Source: Callorhinchus milii
Taxonomy: Eukaryota
Assembly: GCF_018977255.1 (NCBI RefSeq)
Contig: NW_024704742.1
Span: forward strand, 126,854,001-126,918,000
Direction of reading: 5' to 3'
DNA: 64,000 nt
A model generated the notes under the pieces. It made no database searches, was not told where the DNA came from, and worked only from the letters and a program-made list of their open reading frames with translations. A program made the translations under genes and the position numbers. Shown here piece by piece: positions 25,384-40,037 of this stretch (positions are counted from its first letter, which is position 1; every line of letters begins with the position of its first letter).

Positions 25384-25752
25384 CTAAAAAGAAAAAATAG
25401 AAATAGTTCACATCTATAATCCATAACATATGCATAACTTAGGAAGCAGCACTTGGCATTTTAATTTGCAAATTAACCAATTTATTACTCAACAAGCTAA
25501 TCAGAATTTAATAGGCAACATGAAAATGTGCCTAGTCCAATGTACTGTATTTAGCCAGGTCAATTTTTGCAGGTTAAAAACTTTCTGCAAATTCTAGTAA
25601 ATATTCAATTTTTCTGCACACCAGAAGAAAGAACAAACTTGTCAATTTTCTCTTACATTAATACATTAAATAGAAACAATTTGGATAGGTTGCTTCTCTT
25701 TCTATCCAATGATGTGCAGATATTAAAGCAGGTTTGTCCTTAGAAGAGGGAA

Positions 25753-25791
25753 CATGCATGCTCGTTTGATAGATATCTCAATATTCATGCA
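25753..25791 (-). promoter_or_regulatory. Two intronic TGCATG (RBFOX-type) sites downstream of the microexon
   Basis: Plus-strand catgca at 25753 and 25786, i.e. UGCAUG in the pre-mRNA. Confidence 0.45.
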
Positions 25792-26071
25792 TACAGTGGT
25801 CATTTTCTGGCTTTAGTTTTCATAATGGGGAACAGAATAAATAGAACACAGGTTCTACAGAATAAATGCAATGGTTGCACATCCCAAAACAAGACACAAA
25901 GAAAGAAAAAGCTGTGCAGACACAGACAACAAAAGGAAAAAAACTGCTACGGTATCAATACAATATGAGGGATCCATGTATCCCCTATATGCATGAATAC
26001 TTCAGGTCTCTCCTGTCGGAGCATGCTAATGTAGGAGCCAAGGTACTTGTGAAGAATAAATCATTACATAC

Positions 26072-26107
26072 TTTGTTGCTCTCCCCATCCGAAATAACTC
26101 CAATTGC
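26072..26107 (-). CDS. UNC13B: 36-nt symmetric cassette microexon (CNWSYFGWGEQQ)
   Basis: Acceptor tttgcatccaccAG, donor A|GTATGT; phase 1 to 1; peptide matches recalled Munc13-1 CNWNYFGWGEQ segment that precedes DPDSAVDD. Confidence 0.88.
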
Positions 26108-28324
26108 CTGGTGGATGCAAACGTTGGCAAAGAAGGGGAAAAAGAAGACTTCAGCAAACCAACAGATTATAATGTTGGGAAAAAACTGCTGTTTTGCTTT
26201 TCCATTGTAGAAACCTTAAACTTTAGACCCTGCTCACAGAAATGATGCAAAAACATGATGACAATAAATATGGGGGGTGGGGAGGGAAACATTCATTTGT
26301 TTAATAAAAGGGAGGCCTAATTTGCAGTGTTTCCTAACAGAATTTATCAATAAGGAATCAGCCATGTAAACAGTGACTTTTTCTGGTAACCGGAAACAAG
26401 TCACACACGGCTGCAAGAACTCCACTCCCATCAGATCTACATCTATAGTGGAATTCCCAGAGTCGATGAGAATTCTAAAGAGAATTTAATAATATGGCAA
26501 ATTTGACCCCAATCTCTCTGTGCGTATGTTCGTGTTGAACACCTTTTCTGAACAAAATACATGGATTGATCCAAAAATCACACGTTTAAATCATGTTTAT
26601 TTCTTTAAGTCAAGCATTTCCATTTGAAACTATGATCCAAAGTAAGTGTTATATCAACATGGTACACTCTGCTGGGGATATTTATATATTCTTATCTCAG
26701 ACCTCTTCATTCAGTGAATTCTTGGATGCACAGAGATGGAGAAAAGGGAAAAAAGCAAAACACAACTTCATTTTCGGGTGCAGAAAATATTTCTAAAGTT
26801 CTATTCCCATCTGAAAAGGCTTGACGTGGATGACAACTGAAAACAACTATAGTAAGAGCATACAACATTGGAAATTCTACACAAGACATCTTAAGTGTGT
26901 GTCGCCATAGTGACTGATGATGTTGAACAAGGAAATTGGAGTAAACCAACCACTACTGAAAACACATGGCATTTCAGGTGTGATGTACTGTTGCATTCAA
27001 CAAAGTTTGTACACAACATTACTTCTACCTTTCTGGCCCATACCTAGACTTCCCAAGAGAGCTTGTTGCTTACCAATCAATGCAGTGCAAAATATTACAC
27101 GATTAAATCATGTTTATAGAATGTTGGTTACTAGCAGTACCACAAACAATGAATCTCCTAACTCCAATACAGGAACAGGGGAAAATACCCCCAAGGAGAC
27201 ATATCTCCTATACAGAGGCAAGTAAGAAAATAAGAAAGCCAAGCATTGGGATTGAACTAAAGGCATGTCACCAGGGTGCCATTCGTGAGCAAAACAGATT
27301 CTTTAGGAGGAAATTATCCTTAAAATTAAGGAGGGGTTAAAAACAGAGCATTCTGGGCTTCCCTTGTAGTTCTGCGCTTCAGTAGTTAAATGAATAGTAA
27401 TATATTACTGAGATACAGAGAATAGGAAGGTCATAGCTTTGATACTTTGTCTAATGTTATTATTTATAATATATTATACACTAGCTGATCTCAGCCAGTA
27501 TGTCAGTGTGGGCACTTGAACGTGATCTCAGTAACCTTACTAGTGACAAGGAAAAACATTTGCACAATTCCTGATATCAAGTAAACCCTGCTGGGATAAG
27601 GTAAACTCGCATAAGTCATATCAGGCGGGTCCATAACATTTAATACGATTTACACAAAGTATGCAGGCAACCTTGCATAAGTCACATCATATACGACTTA
27701 TGCAAAGTTTTTATATAACCAACAGATAACCAAAACAGTAATCAAGTACAAGGTCTTTGTCATCAACTTGTGTTTAGATGTACCTATATTGGCTGATACC
27801 ATGATGACGGGTCAAAACCTAGTTTTACATACTTGTTACACTGTACTGCATTGCATATGCGGTACTTTACCACTGCAGCCAGTAAGTGGTCAAGACGTGG
27901 TTTCCCATGATTGTTTCAAACAAGTGCAGTAGTGGTGTTACAAGTTAGGAGATGATTTGCACAGGATTTAGGATTATTTGGGACGTTATGATGTAGCTGT
28001 TTATCTGACTTATAAAATATAATTAGTGCACAGAACTCTAAGTGTTATTTGTTAGGAAACTAATGGTTCATTAACAAATTAGGTGATTATACAATTTATA
28101 AAGAGACGACTTGTGTGAGTTTTACTGTATGCAAATTACCTTCTGCTACAGTTACCTACAGACACTCACTGCTCAGGCTCAGACATGAACAACAGCTATT
28201 TGGATGAGCTGCTTAGGATTGCTTGCACCAATGAAGTTTGAAGGATGACAATTTGTGTGAAGAACCAAAGATTTTCAGTAATCATCACCCTAAGATGAAC
28301 CAATTTCAGTAGATGCAGGAAAAA

Positions 28325-28532
28325 ATAATAATCCCTCCAAAACCAAAAACAATAATAAATTGGTCATTTTCAATCTACGACTGTTTGTGGGACATTGCTG
28401 TACGCAATTGGCTGCCGCGTTCACCCACAAATATACAGTCAATTCACTTTACAGTGTGTTCTGTGAAGCGCTTTGGGACGTCCTCCCGACGTGAAAAGCG
28501 CTATATCAAATGCAAGGATTATTATTATTATT
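28325..28532 (+). mobile_element. Same SINE, 5'-truncated
   Basis: Core, hairpin and (TTA)n tail match the family. Confidence 0.9.
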
Positions 28533-31500
28533 AGGAAAGGGAAGCTAGGCCATTCTGTTTTGCATGCAGCAGAACATTTAGTTTATTCTTTTTTAAAAAA
28601 TCATGAAAACATGCAATAATAATAGAAAGAAAGTCATGAAACTGGAGATCAGCAATGATGCACTTTCCAACATCTAACACTGAGATAAATAGAATAATAA
28701 GAAAGAAATTCAACATTCACAAAAATAATTTTTTAAAATCTTGCCTCAAAGAATGTTGGGTTGAGAAAAAGTTTTGCAGTTTCCTTCTTCTCTTGCAGGC
28801 TGAGAGCAGCCACACAGCCTTTTTTAAGCTATCGGACTAGTTGATCTGGGTCACTGACATCTCAGTGGCCACCATCAATGCCACTTGCTGGGTGCCTCAG
28901 CATGAGGTTTGATAAGGTGCCGTCAGCTGACACTCAGGATGGATTCTAGGAATCCAGCTGGCTGTGCTGTTGCTAAAAATTGCAAACTCCACCAACTGAG
29001 ACAAATTAACTGATTTGAAAGGCAGCACAACACCCCTTTTGACTTTAGGAGTCAAGTACTCAACCATATCAACAACCAGATTCCACTATTTTCACAGAAA
29101 AGATCCAGCTACAATTCTAAACCAGTTCAAGAAAGTGTTAGATGTAACTTCACACAACTTAAATGGTTACAGAGGTGAAGTGGATTATACGAATAATCAA
29201 CAATATCATTTTAGTTTGTCTGCTATTTAACTAAATTCATTAAAACTTTTTAAAGCACCTTGGGACATCCACCTGAGGTAGAATTTGATATGTAAATGTA
29301 AATTTGTTATTATAGAATATCATTTGATCAAAATTGAAATTATAACTTTGAAATATACTTTTTGGGAGGAGCAACAAAAAGAGAATTGTTTGCACTTTAC
29401 ATTCAACCAAACTAAATATAATAAAATGGTTACCGAACATCTCTGGAGGTAGAGCCTAGTGTTCATTCCCTAACAATTGGGAGAATAGAATTTCATGCAC
29501 ATAATATCACCTTTAAAATTAACTTTGAAAAATCAAAAAAAAGTATCAATGATGTATTTTTGAACTGAATATTTCATGCGCAGCAATGCAATATGATAAA
29601 AATGTCTACACATCAAGCAAACTAATGTACATGCAATATCATCCCCAATAAGGTACAAAGTCATTTTCGCTTCTGGAGTTCTTACAATCTCCCCATTGCA
29701 GGCCAGTAATTAACCAATTCAATACTTTTTGTTTTCGGACTTTGAGATATGCAACATGAACATAAGATGATGAGGGATGCTAGGGATTACTTCAGTACTT
29801 TATACCAGGACAGCAAACAAATAATAAATTCTGCAATAGTATTAAAAGACATGCCAATGACATGTGCGGCAGATCAATACTACACCAATTTAATCACCAT
29901 TACCCACAGATTCAACATGAAAAGCTAGAAATTACACATGTATCCAAATGGATTTAGTTTCAGAATCCCACATCCAATCTCGTAGAAATGTCAGAACCCT
30001 GAGAGATGGGACAGATAGACTAGAGATGTGCATGAAGCATGAAATGGAATGTTATGGCTTGAGGCTGTATTTTTACTGCAACTTAAGAGGCATGAGGAAG
30101 TCACTTGAAAGAGGATTATACAAAGGAAAGGTTTTATTGTATCTCACGACTCCCCACAGAAGAGCCAGAATAAACCAAAAATGGCTTTCTACCACCACTT
30201 ACAGAATGTTTAATTCAAAACTTATTTTATTGGAGGGTAAGCTTCCCATTTCTCCTGGGTCACACAACTTTGACTGTTCTACTCACAAACGTCTATAAGT
30301 GCAACTGTGAGCTAGACATCAAGAAATTCCCTGAAGCAACAAAGATGGCTCCTCCAAACTGCTGATTAACCTTCCTCTCGCTGAGGTGATGGCTGACTTT
30401 GTTAATACTTTCAATCAATGACTCAACTGTAATCAGGTACACAGAAATTGAACCTGTTTGTCACTACTCCATGATACAGTCAATTCAACCTTCAATAGGT
30501 TGTGTCACGCCACCATCTCTTTGAGGAAATTTGATGTGAAATAATGGTAAATCTTGCAACCAGTCTCAACTTATTTTACACTTTAAACACATTCTGCTGA
30601 TGTATTAACTTGGATATACTGTATCATATATCTCATTGCTAACATTCCTTGCTAACCAAAAAGGATTATAAATCACAATTTTTAATTTCAATAAACTGAA
30701 ACGTCTATTTGTCTTTTTATAGGAAACTTGCTTGGGATATGAAAAATTCAAACAGAATTGATAGAACATTTTATTTTTCATTCCTCTTAGCAGTGGGGGA
30801 TTTTATTTCATAAAGATATTTTGCAATAGCAAATAGCTACAGATGAGGAGAAATCCCAATTAATGACAAACAATGAAGAAACAGCAACCTATTTTGGAAG
30901 CTTGCCCTTCTGTGATATTGTTACACTCCACCAAACCTGTCCTTGATTTGGCTCGTGAATTTAATACAGCCCTGAATCAGTGAACCGTGTGCTCATTCAT
31001 GCTAGGTCCTTGTTGGATTATTGGAATTGTGACAGGATAGAAAGTGACAGATGAATGAGGGCCAGTAAATGCTAATAAGATGGCTTATCCTTTTTTTAAA
31101 AAATGTAGAAAGTGTTCCACCTTCACACTATTCATGCATCTTCCGACAGCTTACTAGAGTATAAAAGAAAACTTAAATCCCTTGTTATTGCAGATACAAT
31201 CATCCTTTTACTTTTCATCTCAATTTCTGGAAGCCTAAAACTAACAGATGGAGGATGATTTTTTCTGCTCCAAGTAGAATGATTTGTTGAATATCTCGGA
31301 TTTCTGCCATAAGCTATGGTCCTGGATTAAGGTCCTGGATTTTATATAGCATGTGTTACTCCAAAACATTTCTAACCACTTCACCGGTAATTGATGTGAA
31401 GTATAGTGGCTGTTTATTTGTGAGCAACAGCGCAGTCAATTTACACAAGCAAATTTACACACTGAAAGCTGACTCCATATAATCGTATAGTTAGACAAGA

Positions 31501-31754
31501 GCAATAAAGGCCGGAGTTCAGCACTCTTCATTCTTAATTGCTGAAATAACTGAAAACAAGTTTGCTCTTCGATAACATTAAAAAGACTAATATCTAATGT
31601 TGGAGTTCTGTGCTGATCAGTATGTGTTCAAAAGTCCAAAGCTCAGGATATGAGCCTGATGAAATGTGGAGTGGCAAGGATGGCTGCACTGCTGGAAATG
31701 TTAACTTTGGGGAGCATAAATGCAGCACTTAAGTCCTGGAGCATCCTGAAGGGG

Positions 31755-32080
31755 TAATAATAGTAATAATCCTTGCATTTGATATTGTGCTTTTCACGTC
31801 GGGAAGACGTCCCAAAGCGTTTCACAGAACACAATGTAAAGTGAATTGACTGTTTACTTGTGGGCGAACGCGGCAGCCAATTGCGCACAGCAAAGTCCCA
31901 CAAACAGTCGTAGATTGAAAATGACCAATTTAATTATTGTTTTTGGTTTTTGGAGGGATTATTATTAGGCTCTGTGTGGAGTAAGGAAACTTGCCCAAGG
32001 TTTCGCCCTCTGCCTGGAATTGAACTCAGATCTCTCACTTGCAAAGCGAGTGCTCTAACCACTGAGCTACAGGACTCCAC
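31755..32080 (-). mobile_element. Full-length copy of the same SINE
   Basis: Near-identical to 56598-56920. Confidence 0.92.
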
Positions 32081-33589
32081 ATGCTATGTAAGCTATGAAA
32101 AGTGGCATGATCAGCTCTAGTTAGCAACAATTATTATTTAGTAGAAAATTCAGTCATTTTAGGTAAATGAAAGAATTTTTCAGTCACGTAGAATCTTAGA
32201 GGAGTTTTTTTTAAATATAAGCATAGCTTTCAGGACTTCATACTCACCAAGACACAATCAAAAACTGGTCCCTTTCATATAAATATTTATGAACTTACAG
32301 ATGGGACATGTATCATCTCCTTCATTAAAAAAAAACTAATTAAACTAAGTCGAAGAGGTTTAAATTCTAATTATAGTGTGACCTCAGAAGATAACTTCCC
32401 AACTTCACTTTTTCCATCTTCTGCACAGCCATCCTAAGGTGCTCTCAGAGTGAGACTGCCAATATATCCTCAAATTATGAAGTTTTATACTGTGTGCCAG
32501 ACAGAATAGATCTGGATTGAAACTGCCCAAACGCATTTCACCTGCTCCTGCTGACAACAGAAAAAATCATTTCCAGCATTCGTCCCCAGAAGCAAAAATG
32601 CAGTATTTTAATCCAACACACCATCTTGCTTCCCCTTTATTTCTGGATTCAAAAAGAGACCTAGTAATAAGACATTGGCTGGCAAGTTGAATGCCAAGTT
32701 CTCATTTTCATTTCATATTACTAGGGAAGGTGCTAAGTAGACACTGAATGTAGAAAAAAAAGTGGTAATCATCTCAGGACATTCTCAGGAGTCTCCTTGA
32801 AGTTGACTTAGGACCAGAAATAAAAATATTTTTGGCTAATGAATGATGCATGAATAGAAAGCGAACATAATAAAATAAAATGGATTAAAATGGAAGAAAG
32901 GCAAAATAATTGTTTAGTTTTATTCATGACAAGCCCATGCCACAATCTATGTCCCTTATTTCAACAGTATGTGCTGGCGATGTATCAAGGGGAAGGTGAA
33001 AAGAAAGAAATGGTGATTGTGACTCTCAAACCCATTTACGTTCAATCTGGCAAAATGAAACATTTTTGAATGTATTCTCAATCTGAAGGGCTTAACACTT
33101 TCAAATTCAGTGTTTTGCTCTGCAACAATATAGTATCAAGAATTTCAATAAAGTAAATAAAATGAATTATGTTTCTCAAATTGAAGTTAACAACTTGATA
33201 TAATATAAATCGGCCTATACTGAGGCCTAGGAGCGCCCTGCAAACATGCACCATTATTGACAGCAGTGTTGTGCATCAAGAATGCGTACCTCTTGAAAAT
33301 TGAAAAGGGAATATTTACTTCAAAATGCTGAGCAGCAAATAAAACACTGGAATCGTATGTTTTCAAAAAAATGGAAAAACAAAATAAAACTGATGGTATA
33401 TAAGCAAAAAACCTCTAAATACTTCTCATTTCATGTGAACCATCTAACTACAAACCTCAAACAAACCACTGTGCAGGGAATACTACAAGTAAACATAAAA
33501 ACAATATGAACTATAGATGTGAGAAAGAAAAGCACAATAAATATGTTTTCAAGCTGTGGCAAATATGTTCAGCACTTTCCTTTACTTAC

Positions 33590-33647
33590 AACACTGGGAG
33601 GGAGCAGTTGGCAAAGGTTTGTTCTCAGCTTCTTCATCAATTGAATA
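33590..33647 (-). CDS. UNC13B: UNC13B coding exon (YSIDEEAENKPLPTAPSQC)
   Basis: Acceptor gccttccAG, donor T|GTAAGT; 58 nt, phase 0 to 1; matches the Munc13 YS..EE..KPLP...QC segment. Confidence 0.92.
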
Positions 33648-34257
33648 CTGGAAGGCACAGGAGAGGCAAGAATCAAATATAAGACAAAATCACATAGTTC
33701 CTTGTGTTCATTAAAACTGTATTACATCACTGAAGAAAGTGTCATTGAGATTAGCTCTCCCATTATGTTCCCTTATATTAACTGCAAATACATTAGCTTG
33801 TGGCTAAAGCTGAAAAAGTCTAAGACAGCAAATAAGTTGAAAGAAGTCTGTAAATCTGCTTTCTCTCTCCCTCCCTTCCACCCAACCCTCCCAAATGGTT
33901 TGCCCCACACTGTGGTCAGTGAGTCTCCAAGGAACCAGATTGAAAATATTCTGTTATTGCATGCGATAGTACTGCCTCACTATTAGTACCATGTATAAAC
34001 AAATTATTTTATTAAGATTTGCCCAAGCTTCTTTTGATTGGATAGATATTTTTGTTTGCCTTAAACAATGGTTGCAGAAACTAAAATTTATCAATTTTGA
34101 TGAGGCGTTTTTCAGTGTTTAATAATGGTGTTCCAAAATGAAAATTCCCTTACATTATAGATATCACATCAGTCACTTTTGCCCAGTTATTGTATATTTT
34201 ATACTTACTTTTGCACTAAATGCACTATATTGCAACTGCTCAGTTTCTTACACCTAC

Positions 34258-34331
34258 CTCATCATGATCCTTTATGGCATTCAACTGTTCAAGTTTTTGA
34301 GTCCAATATCTTGCTTCTTCTTCTGGGATAT
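34258..34331 (-). CDS. UNC13B: UNC13B coding exon ([25 protein letters not shown])
   Basis: Acceptor cattctatAG, donor GAG|GTAGGT; 74 nt, phase 1 to 0; [10 protein letters not shown] is a Munc13-1/2 signature. Confidence 0.95.
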
Positions 34332-37300
34332 CTATAGAATGAAGACAATGGAACAGAAATAAATTTTCAGTTATCTGACTTTGATATTCCATCATGCCAA
34401 CCTCTATAATCTAGAGAAAGCACTGCAAACACACATACAAAATGGAATATTTGGGCATAAAGTTCTAGCAGCCAATGTTTGTCATTTTTGTTTGTAATCT
34501 AATGTTTTCACTTTGTGAAGCCTGAGTATTCCACGTTCCTTTCAATTTCAGATCCCAATTCTGATGTACAGGATGCCTTCATGAGATTCATGAAAATAAC
34601 TTGGTGACTTCACCTGCAAGTTCTTCTGTGGGGAATACCTGAGGCCCACAATTTCACCAAATATTAGCTTGCAAAACCATTTTGTCTGAGAATTTAAGAT
34701 CACACAGATTTGTAGACGATTCTTAAATTCAGTCTCAACTTGGAAGCTGGCTTCTTTTCTTTAGAGCCACAGAAAACCAGCTTCAATATTGAAGAAATGA
34801 AATTAGAATTTTCCACAATTCTACACACGCTAAATTTTCAAGACAAAATGGTCTTATAAGCTAAACCATTTTATACTTCCAGGATTTCTCTAACAAACAA
34901 ACTCAATACGTGCGTTGCTGAAGATTTGAATTTTCAGCTGATCATTCCATGGTGCATCACAATGATCCTATTCCTCTCCAAAAAATGTTTTGTTTAATTA
35001 GTTTTATATTTTTCTCTGACATGTTAGGGTTCTTCAAGCCTCACCACTTATTCCTGGCTTCCTTGTTGAGAAAGCAATCTTATTGATCTGTTCACAGGCT
35101 TCTGGCAATTTCACTCTTGAAATGGCTACACAGTGGTACACAACAGCAGTACAATAAAGTTCCTTGTACTCAGTAAAAACACAAGATGGTGCTCCATATT
35201 CGCAAGCGGCTCAAATATAAAGGGATGTAAATCCCGACCACAGTAACAGCTCTCCAATTATACACATCAGCTAATTATGGACCAACATTTAAGGCAAACA
35301 AAGTAGTTTATGTCCAGATTGCCTTCCTTGACCAACTGAGGGAGAAAAAAAGGAAGTGCACAGAGAGAAAATACTGAGTGCAGAGTTTAAAACATAGGGA
35401 AATAAAACTTCCTAAAACTAAAAATGCTGAATATTATACAACACAAACCTTTGACATCAATCTCAGATTTGTGTAATTTCTTTTAGTTTCCTGGTAGAAA
35501 AAATTACTGCTGTGATCCTCATGCCTTGGACTATTGTCCGATTTAGATCTAGGGAAACCTCTTTCATCTCCCTCCAGGGGTATTTTAAATGTGACACTCA
35601 TTAATTAACCTCAAAAGGATTTGGCTGAATAATCCCAATAGGATTGAAATCCTGAATAGACTCCCTTAGGTTTCACATCTCAAACTCAATATCTTCGGGC
35701 ACCAAGCTCATTGCTCAACTGACTGAGCCACCTGGGATTCTGAAATTGATTTTGGGCCATGGAATGATCATAATTATGAAACCAGCACTGAACTTATGTA
35801 ACACAGTTTGTAATACAATGCAACAACAATAAATTCCAAAGTACAAACAAAAATGTCTAATATTTCCTACGAGCTTTACTTTAAACTTAAATTTACGCTT
35901 ACTCTGCAAAAACACATTCCGCCTCTCAAAACAAGAAATTGTGCAAAATGAAAATCACACTCCACTTAAAAGCACACATAGAAGCTCTTTATCTTACAGT
36001 GCATATCCAATGTCCCGATCACTATTTTCTGAATGTGAAGAACATTTTTTATTAAATTGCTTTACAATATACCGTTCAAAGCAACAGAAATATTCAGGAT
36101 CTGCCATACTTTATTTCATCGAGTGCAATAGAAGTAGAAAGCACATTTTTCAATCAAAAATAGCACTAGAAACAAATCTACAACACAAGGAAGAAAATAG
36201 AAAACCTATAATCAATAGAAAACCTATAGTCATGGGAATATTGTAAAAGATACATATCTGGACAAACAATTCAAAAGGAGCGAGTTTCTTCCAGTCCACT
36301 GGCCAAAAATCTTCCAAAATAAATTGATCGTTCACTTTGTGGCTGCTTGTGGGACCTTGTTATGGTTGTGAATTGGCTCCAACATTTACCTTCAAGTAAA
36401 CAATCACTGCATTTGACAGTAATTACCTGTGAAGCACCTGGAAACATTAACATCACCAGTGTTGTATTAAAGGCAAGGATTATTATAAAATTCTAAATGT
36501 CTCTGCAAAAATGTTCGTTTGACCCACCATCTTATCTTCATCCTCAAAGCACCCAACATTTGTTAAACCCTATTTGTGAACTTTGTGCTTACCAGAGGTG
36601 AAGGATATCAGTGCTGAGCCTGGAAACACTTCTAATGCTTGGCACCGAGTTCCAGGATCAGGCACTCAAGGGTTTTACTTATTGAGGTCCAGAGAAAAGC
36701 TCCATCTGCTCTGCTCCGACAATACGCCTCAACAGCACCAATGTGTCAATTCCAATTCCCACATCAGCCAGTTTGAATGTTCTCCCAATTAGTACCAAAT
36801 TAAGGCCAGTTTTTGTCATGTGGTCTCCACTGGTAAATCAGTTGAGATTTTGCCAATGTTTTTCATACAGGATTCTGACAAGCACGAGGAAGAAGACCGG
36901 AGCAGCTCAACCCATCTGTCTGATCTGGTTTGGAACTCAGATCCCAGAGGTAGAAGGAATACCTCTTTACAGCACATTCAGTCCCAAGCCTTGTTCTTTT
37001 AACATTTCATTTGCTGTGGTATGTCAGTGCCCAGTGACAAAATACAGTAAATCCTGTAAAGCTCTGAGATGTTCTCCCGCTGTGAAAGGTGCCACATCAA
37101 ATGCATGGATTAATTATTACCCTAACCCAGCTACACTGGCTGACTATCCCCCTGTGCATCAACTTCACGATATTTTTCCTCAACTTCAAATACCTCCATG
37201 ACCTTGAAGTATTCTATCTCTGTGATCTCCTGCTACCCAACTCCCCTGGCCACTCCTTTCTCTGAACAAATGTATGCCCCAACCACTCTGCCCACCATTT

Positions 37301-38719
37301 GAGGGGGAACCTTCAGCCACTTTGCTCATTTCTTCTGGAACTTTCTCCCAATTTTCCTCCACCTTACCTCTCTGTTTAAATCCCACCTGAAGCCCTACCT
37401 CGTTGACTTTCTTTAGGCTACTTTCCACTCCCTCACTCTCCTGTAAATTATTATTTTTTATTATTCTTGCACCAGCAAAATATTCTTTCATTGACCACTG
37501 AAGGGCTGTACCGTGCTTTACAAAAAAAATCCTGTCAACTGACTCTAAAGGGCAGTAATAGCATTAAAAATCAATATTCCAACTGAGTTTCTCTCATCTG
37601 CCTTGTCTTTCACTATTCTGCAACATAGCTGCAGGCAAACACTTAAACTGAATTCCTCATTTTGTCTATATTTAGCTTCACTGTCCTTTCTGCTGCAGTC
37701 GTAGCATTAAATCAGAATTGTGAAACATTTCAGGGATGAACTTTTCTTCCCTAGACTGAAACAGCTAAAAATATAACTTAGATATGATAACTATCATCGA
37801 TGATAATTTTCATATGATGGGTCACATTGTTCCAAACTAAGTTAGAAAGATATTAAACTAGCAAATGTGGAAAATGTGTTTGTATTGCAAGTTACTGCAC
37901 CGAGAGACAGATTAATGCAGATTCATATGACAATGATTTTGGTAATTCCACAATTTCTCAAACTGAGAAATTACGCAAATGTAATTTTTTAAAAAAAAAC
38001 TCATCAGCCCCTATTTAATTTCCCTTTGACAGGTACAAAATAGTAGCTGATGTGGAAACACTTAAAAGAATCTTTTATGAAAATATGTGCAACTGCTTTT
38101 TTGTGGCAATAGTACCACTGTGCATCAGAATTTCAACACAATTTGTACCATTGTAACAGATATAAAAGGATATTGCAAACAAAACACCATGGTAACATTA
38201 GTTATCAACAACTTGCAAATGATATAGCACCCTGCAGGGTGGCTTCTCAAAGCACTTAAACTCAAAACTCATTTGAGTTTTCAGTCAAATAAACACTGCT
38301 TCTCCCAAGATTTCCTCTTAAAGCAGTTATATTTTCTTCTTTCCACTTTTAATTGGCCTTTTCGTACCACCAAGGCTAAAAATTGGGAATCCTTCTCCCA
38401 CCTCAGTCAGTCACTCTGGGTGGGCAATTGAAGATGTAGGAGATATCATTTTATTTTTATAAAAATAACTGTTTTTGTCATACTCATTATTTCCCTTTTT
38501 GTGAAAAATCTTCCACCCTCTATTCTGTCATGGCCTGGTTTGAGACCGACATCTTGGATGATGTTCCACCAATATTTGAAGCTGTTTTTCCAATATGCTG
38601 CGTCACAATGCTCCTCCCTCTAATACATGGGAGCTTTTGGGCACATAAGTAAAGGAACGAAAATTCAATTCACACATGTCTCAGAAAACACAAAACAGCA
38701 AAAGGAATTCTATGTCCTC

Positions 38720-39100
38720 TGGAGGGGTACTGAATACAAGAGCAAAGAAGTAATGTTAAATTACTTTATTAAAATTGTTAGACATGGTTGAGGCTGCAAC
38801 TGGAGTACCATGTCTCGTTTAAGATCCCTCATTAAAGGAAGGAAATCACAGTCATTAAAAGGCCGCAGTGGAAGTTCACATGGATGATACCAGGGATTAG
38901 AGGCTAAAGTAAAGTGGAGAAGACCAAATGTCGACTTTGTTTGCTGGAGAAAAAGGATCTGATAGAGATTTTTGAAACTGTGAATAGATTTGATTTGAGT
39001 GTAATTATTGAGAGACTATTTTCACTGATCAGTGAGTCAGCAAAATGACAGCATAAATTGATGATCATCACCAGAAAAGGGGTGGATGAGAGATGTTTTT
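38720..39100 (+). mobile_element. Highly degenerate CR1 fragment
   Basis: gaatacaagagcaaagaagtaatgtta, aactggagta, gatctgatagagatttttgaaa resemble 53920-54180. Confidence 0.55.
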
Positions 39101-40037
39101 CAAAACCATATACAGACAGTCAAAATATGAAATATCTTACCTCAAAGGTAACATGCTGAATCCATGAAAATATTTTAAAGGGATTTGGATAAATATTAAA
39201 GGTAACATTATTAAAGGATACTGGGAAAGACCAAAGAAATACAATGAGAGCAGATAAACCCAGTGGGGAAGCAAACACCAGCACAGGCATGACATGCTGT
39301 GAACTTTCTATGATTTCTACAATTCGACAGACACAAATGGGTTTAACAGTGATTTTTATCGTGCCTGGGAGGCACACTCGTTGAGCAGTACCTCATCACC
39401 TCTGAGAGGTGAGTTCAAATCCAGCTTACCATGAGGATAATGTCTCTTCTCTCTGTTGGCTGTTAAAAGAGTCCTAAATAAAATGAGTGTGGACAGCATT
39501 GAACCAGTTTCTTGAGGTACTGGTGCCAAAGCACAGAACTGTCATTTCAGTTAGAACATTCACTATAATTTTTAAGGCAGCGTCTGGTGAAACAGCATTG
39601 AATCACAGCCCCAACAACTGGGAAAAATAGCAGCTATATTTCTTGCTCACTAATAAAAAGTTATACATGTTGAATTGTCCGAGGGCTGGACAAAATGTTC
39701 GTCTACAGCAGGGGTAGCCAAAATACAGCCCGCAGGCCGTATCCAGCCCACCAAATGATTCTATCCGGCCCGTCATTGTGTCTACCAATAGAAAAAATTA
39801 TAGTTCGTTCAGTCCCAGAAAGGGTTAGGGTTAGGGTTTTAAATGCGTTTCTTACTTTTGTCACAGCATTGATTTTTAATTGCTAATGTCGTTAGTTTTT
39901 TTCTACACAAATTTCACATTTGAATTAGACCAGGAACATCAGCCAATCACACTGCTTAGTTGTGTGCACGCTCCCTTAAGTGTTGAATCAGACTGACGTC
40001 AGAAATGTATCCGAAATCCCGGGATCCCAGGATGTAT

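Noticed and set aside
39821..39838. Interstitial telomere / chromosome fusion site
   Set aside because: Fewer than three TTAGGG units, inside a transposon
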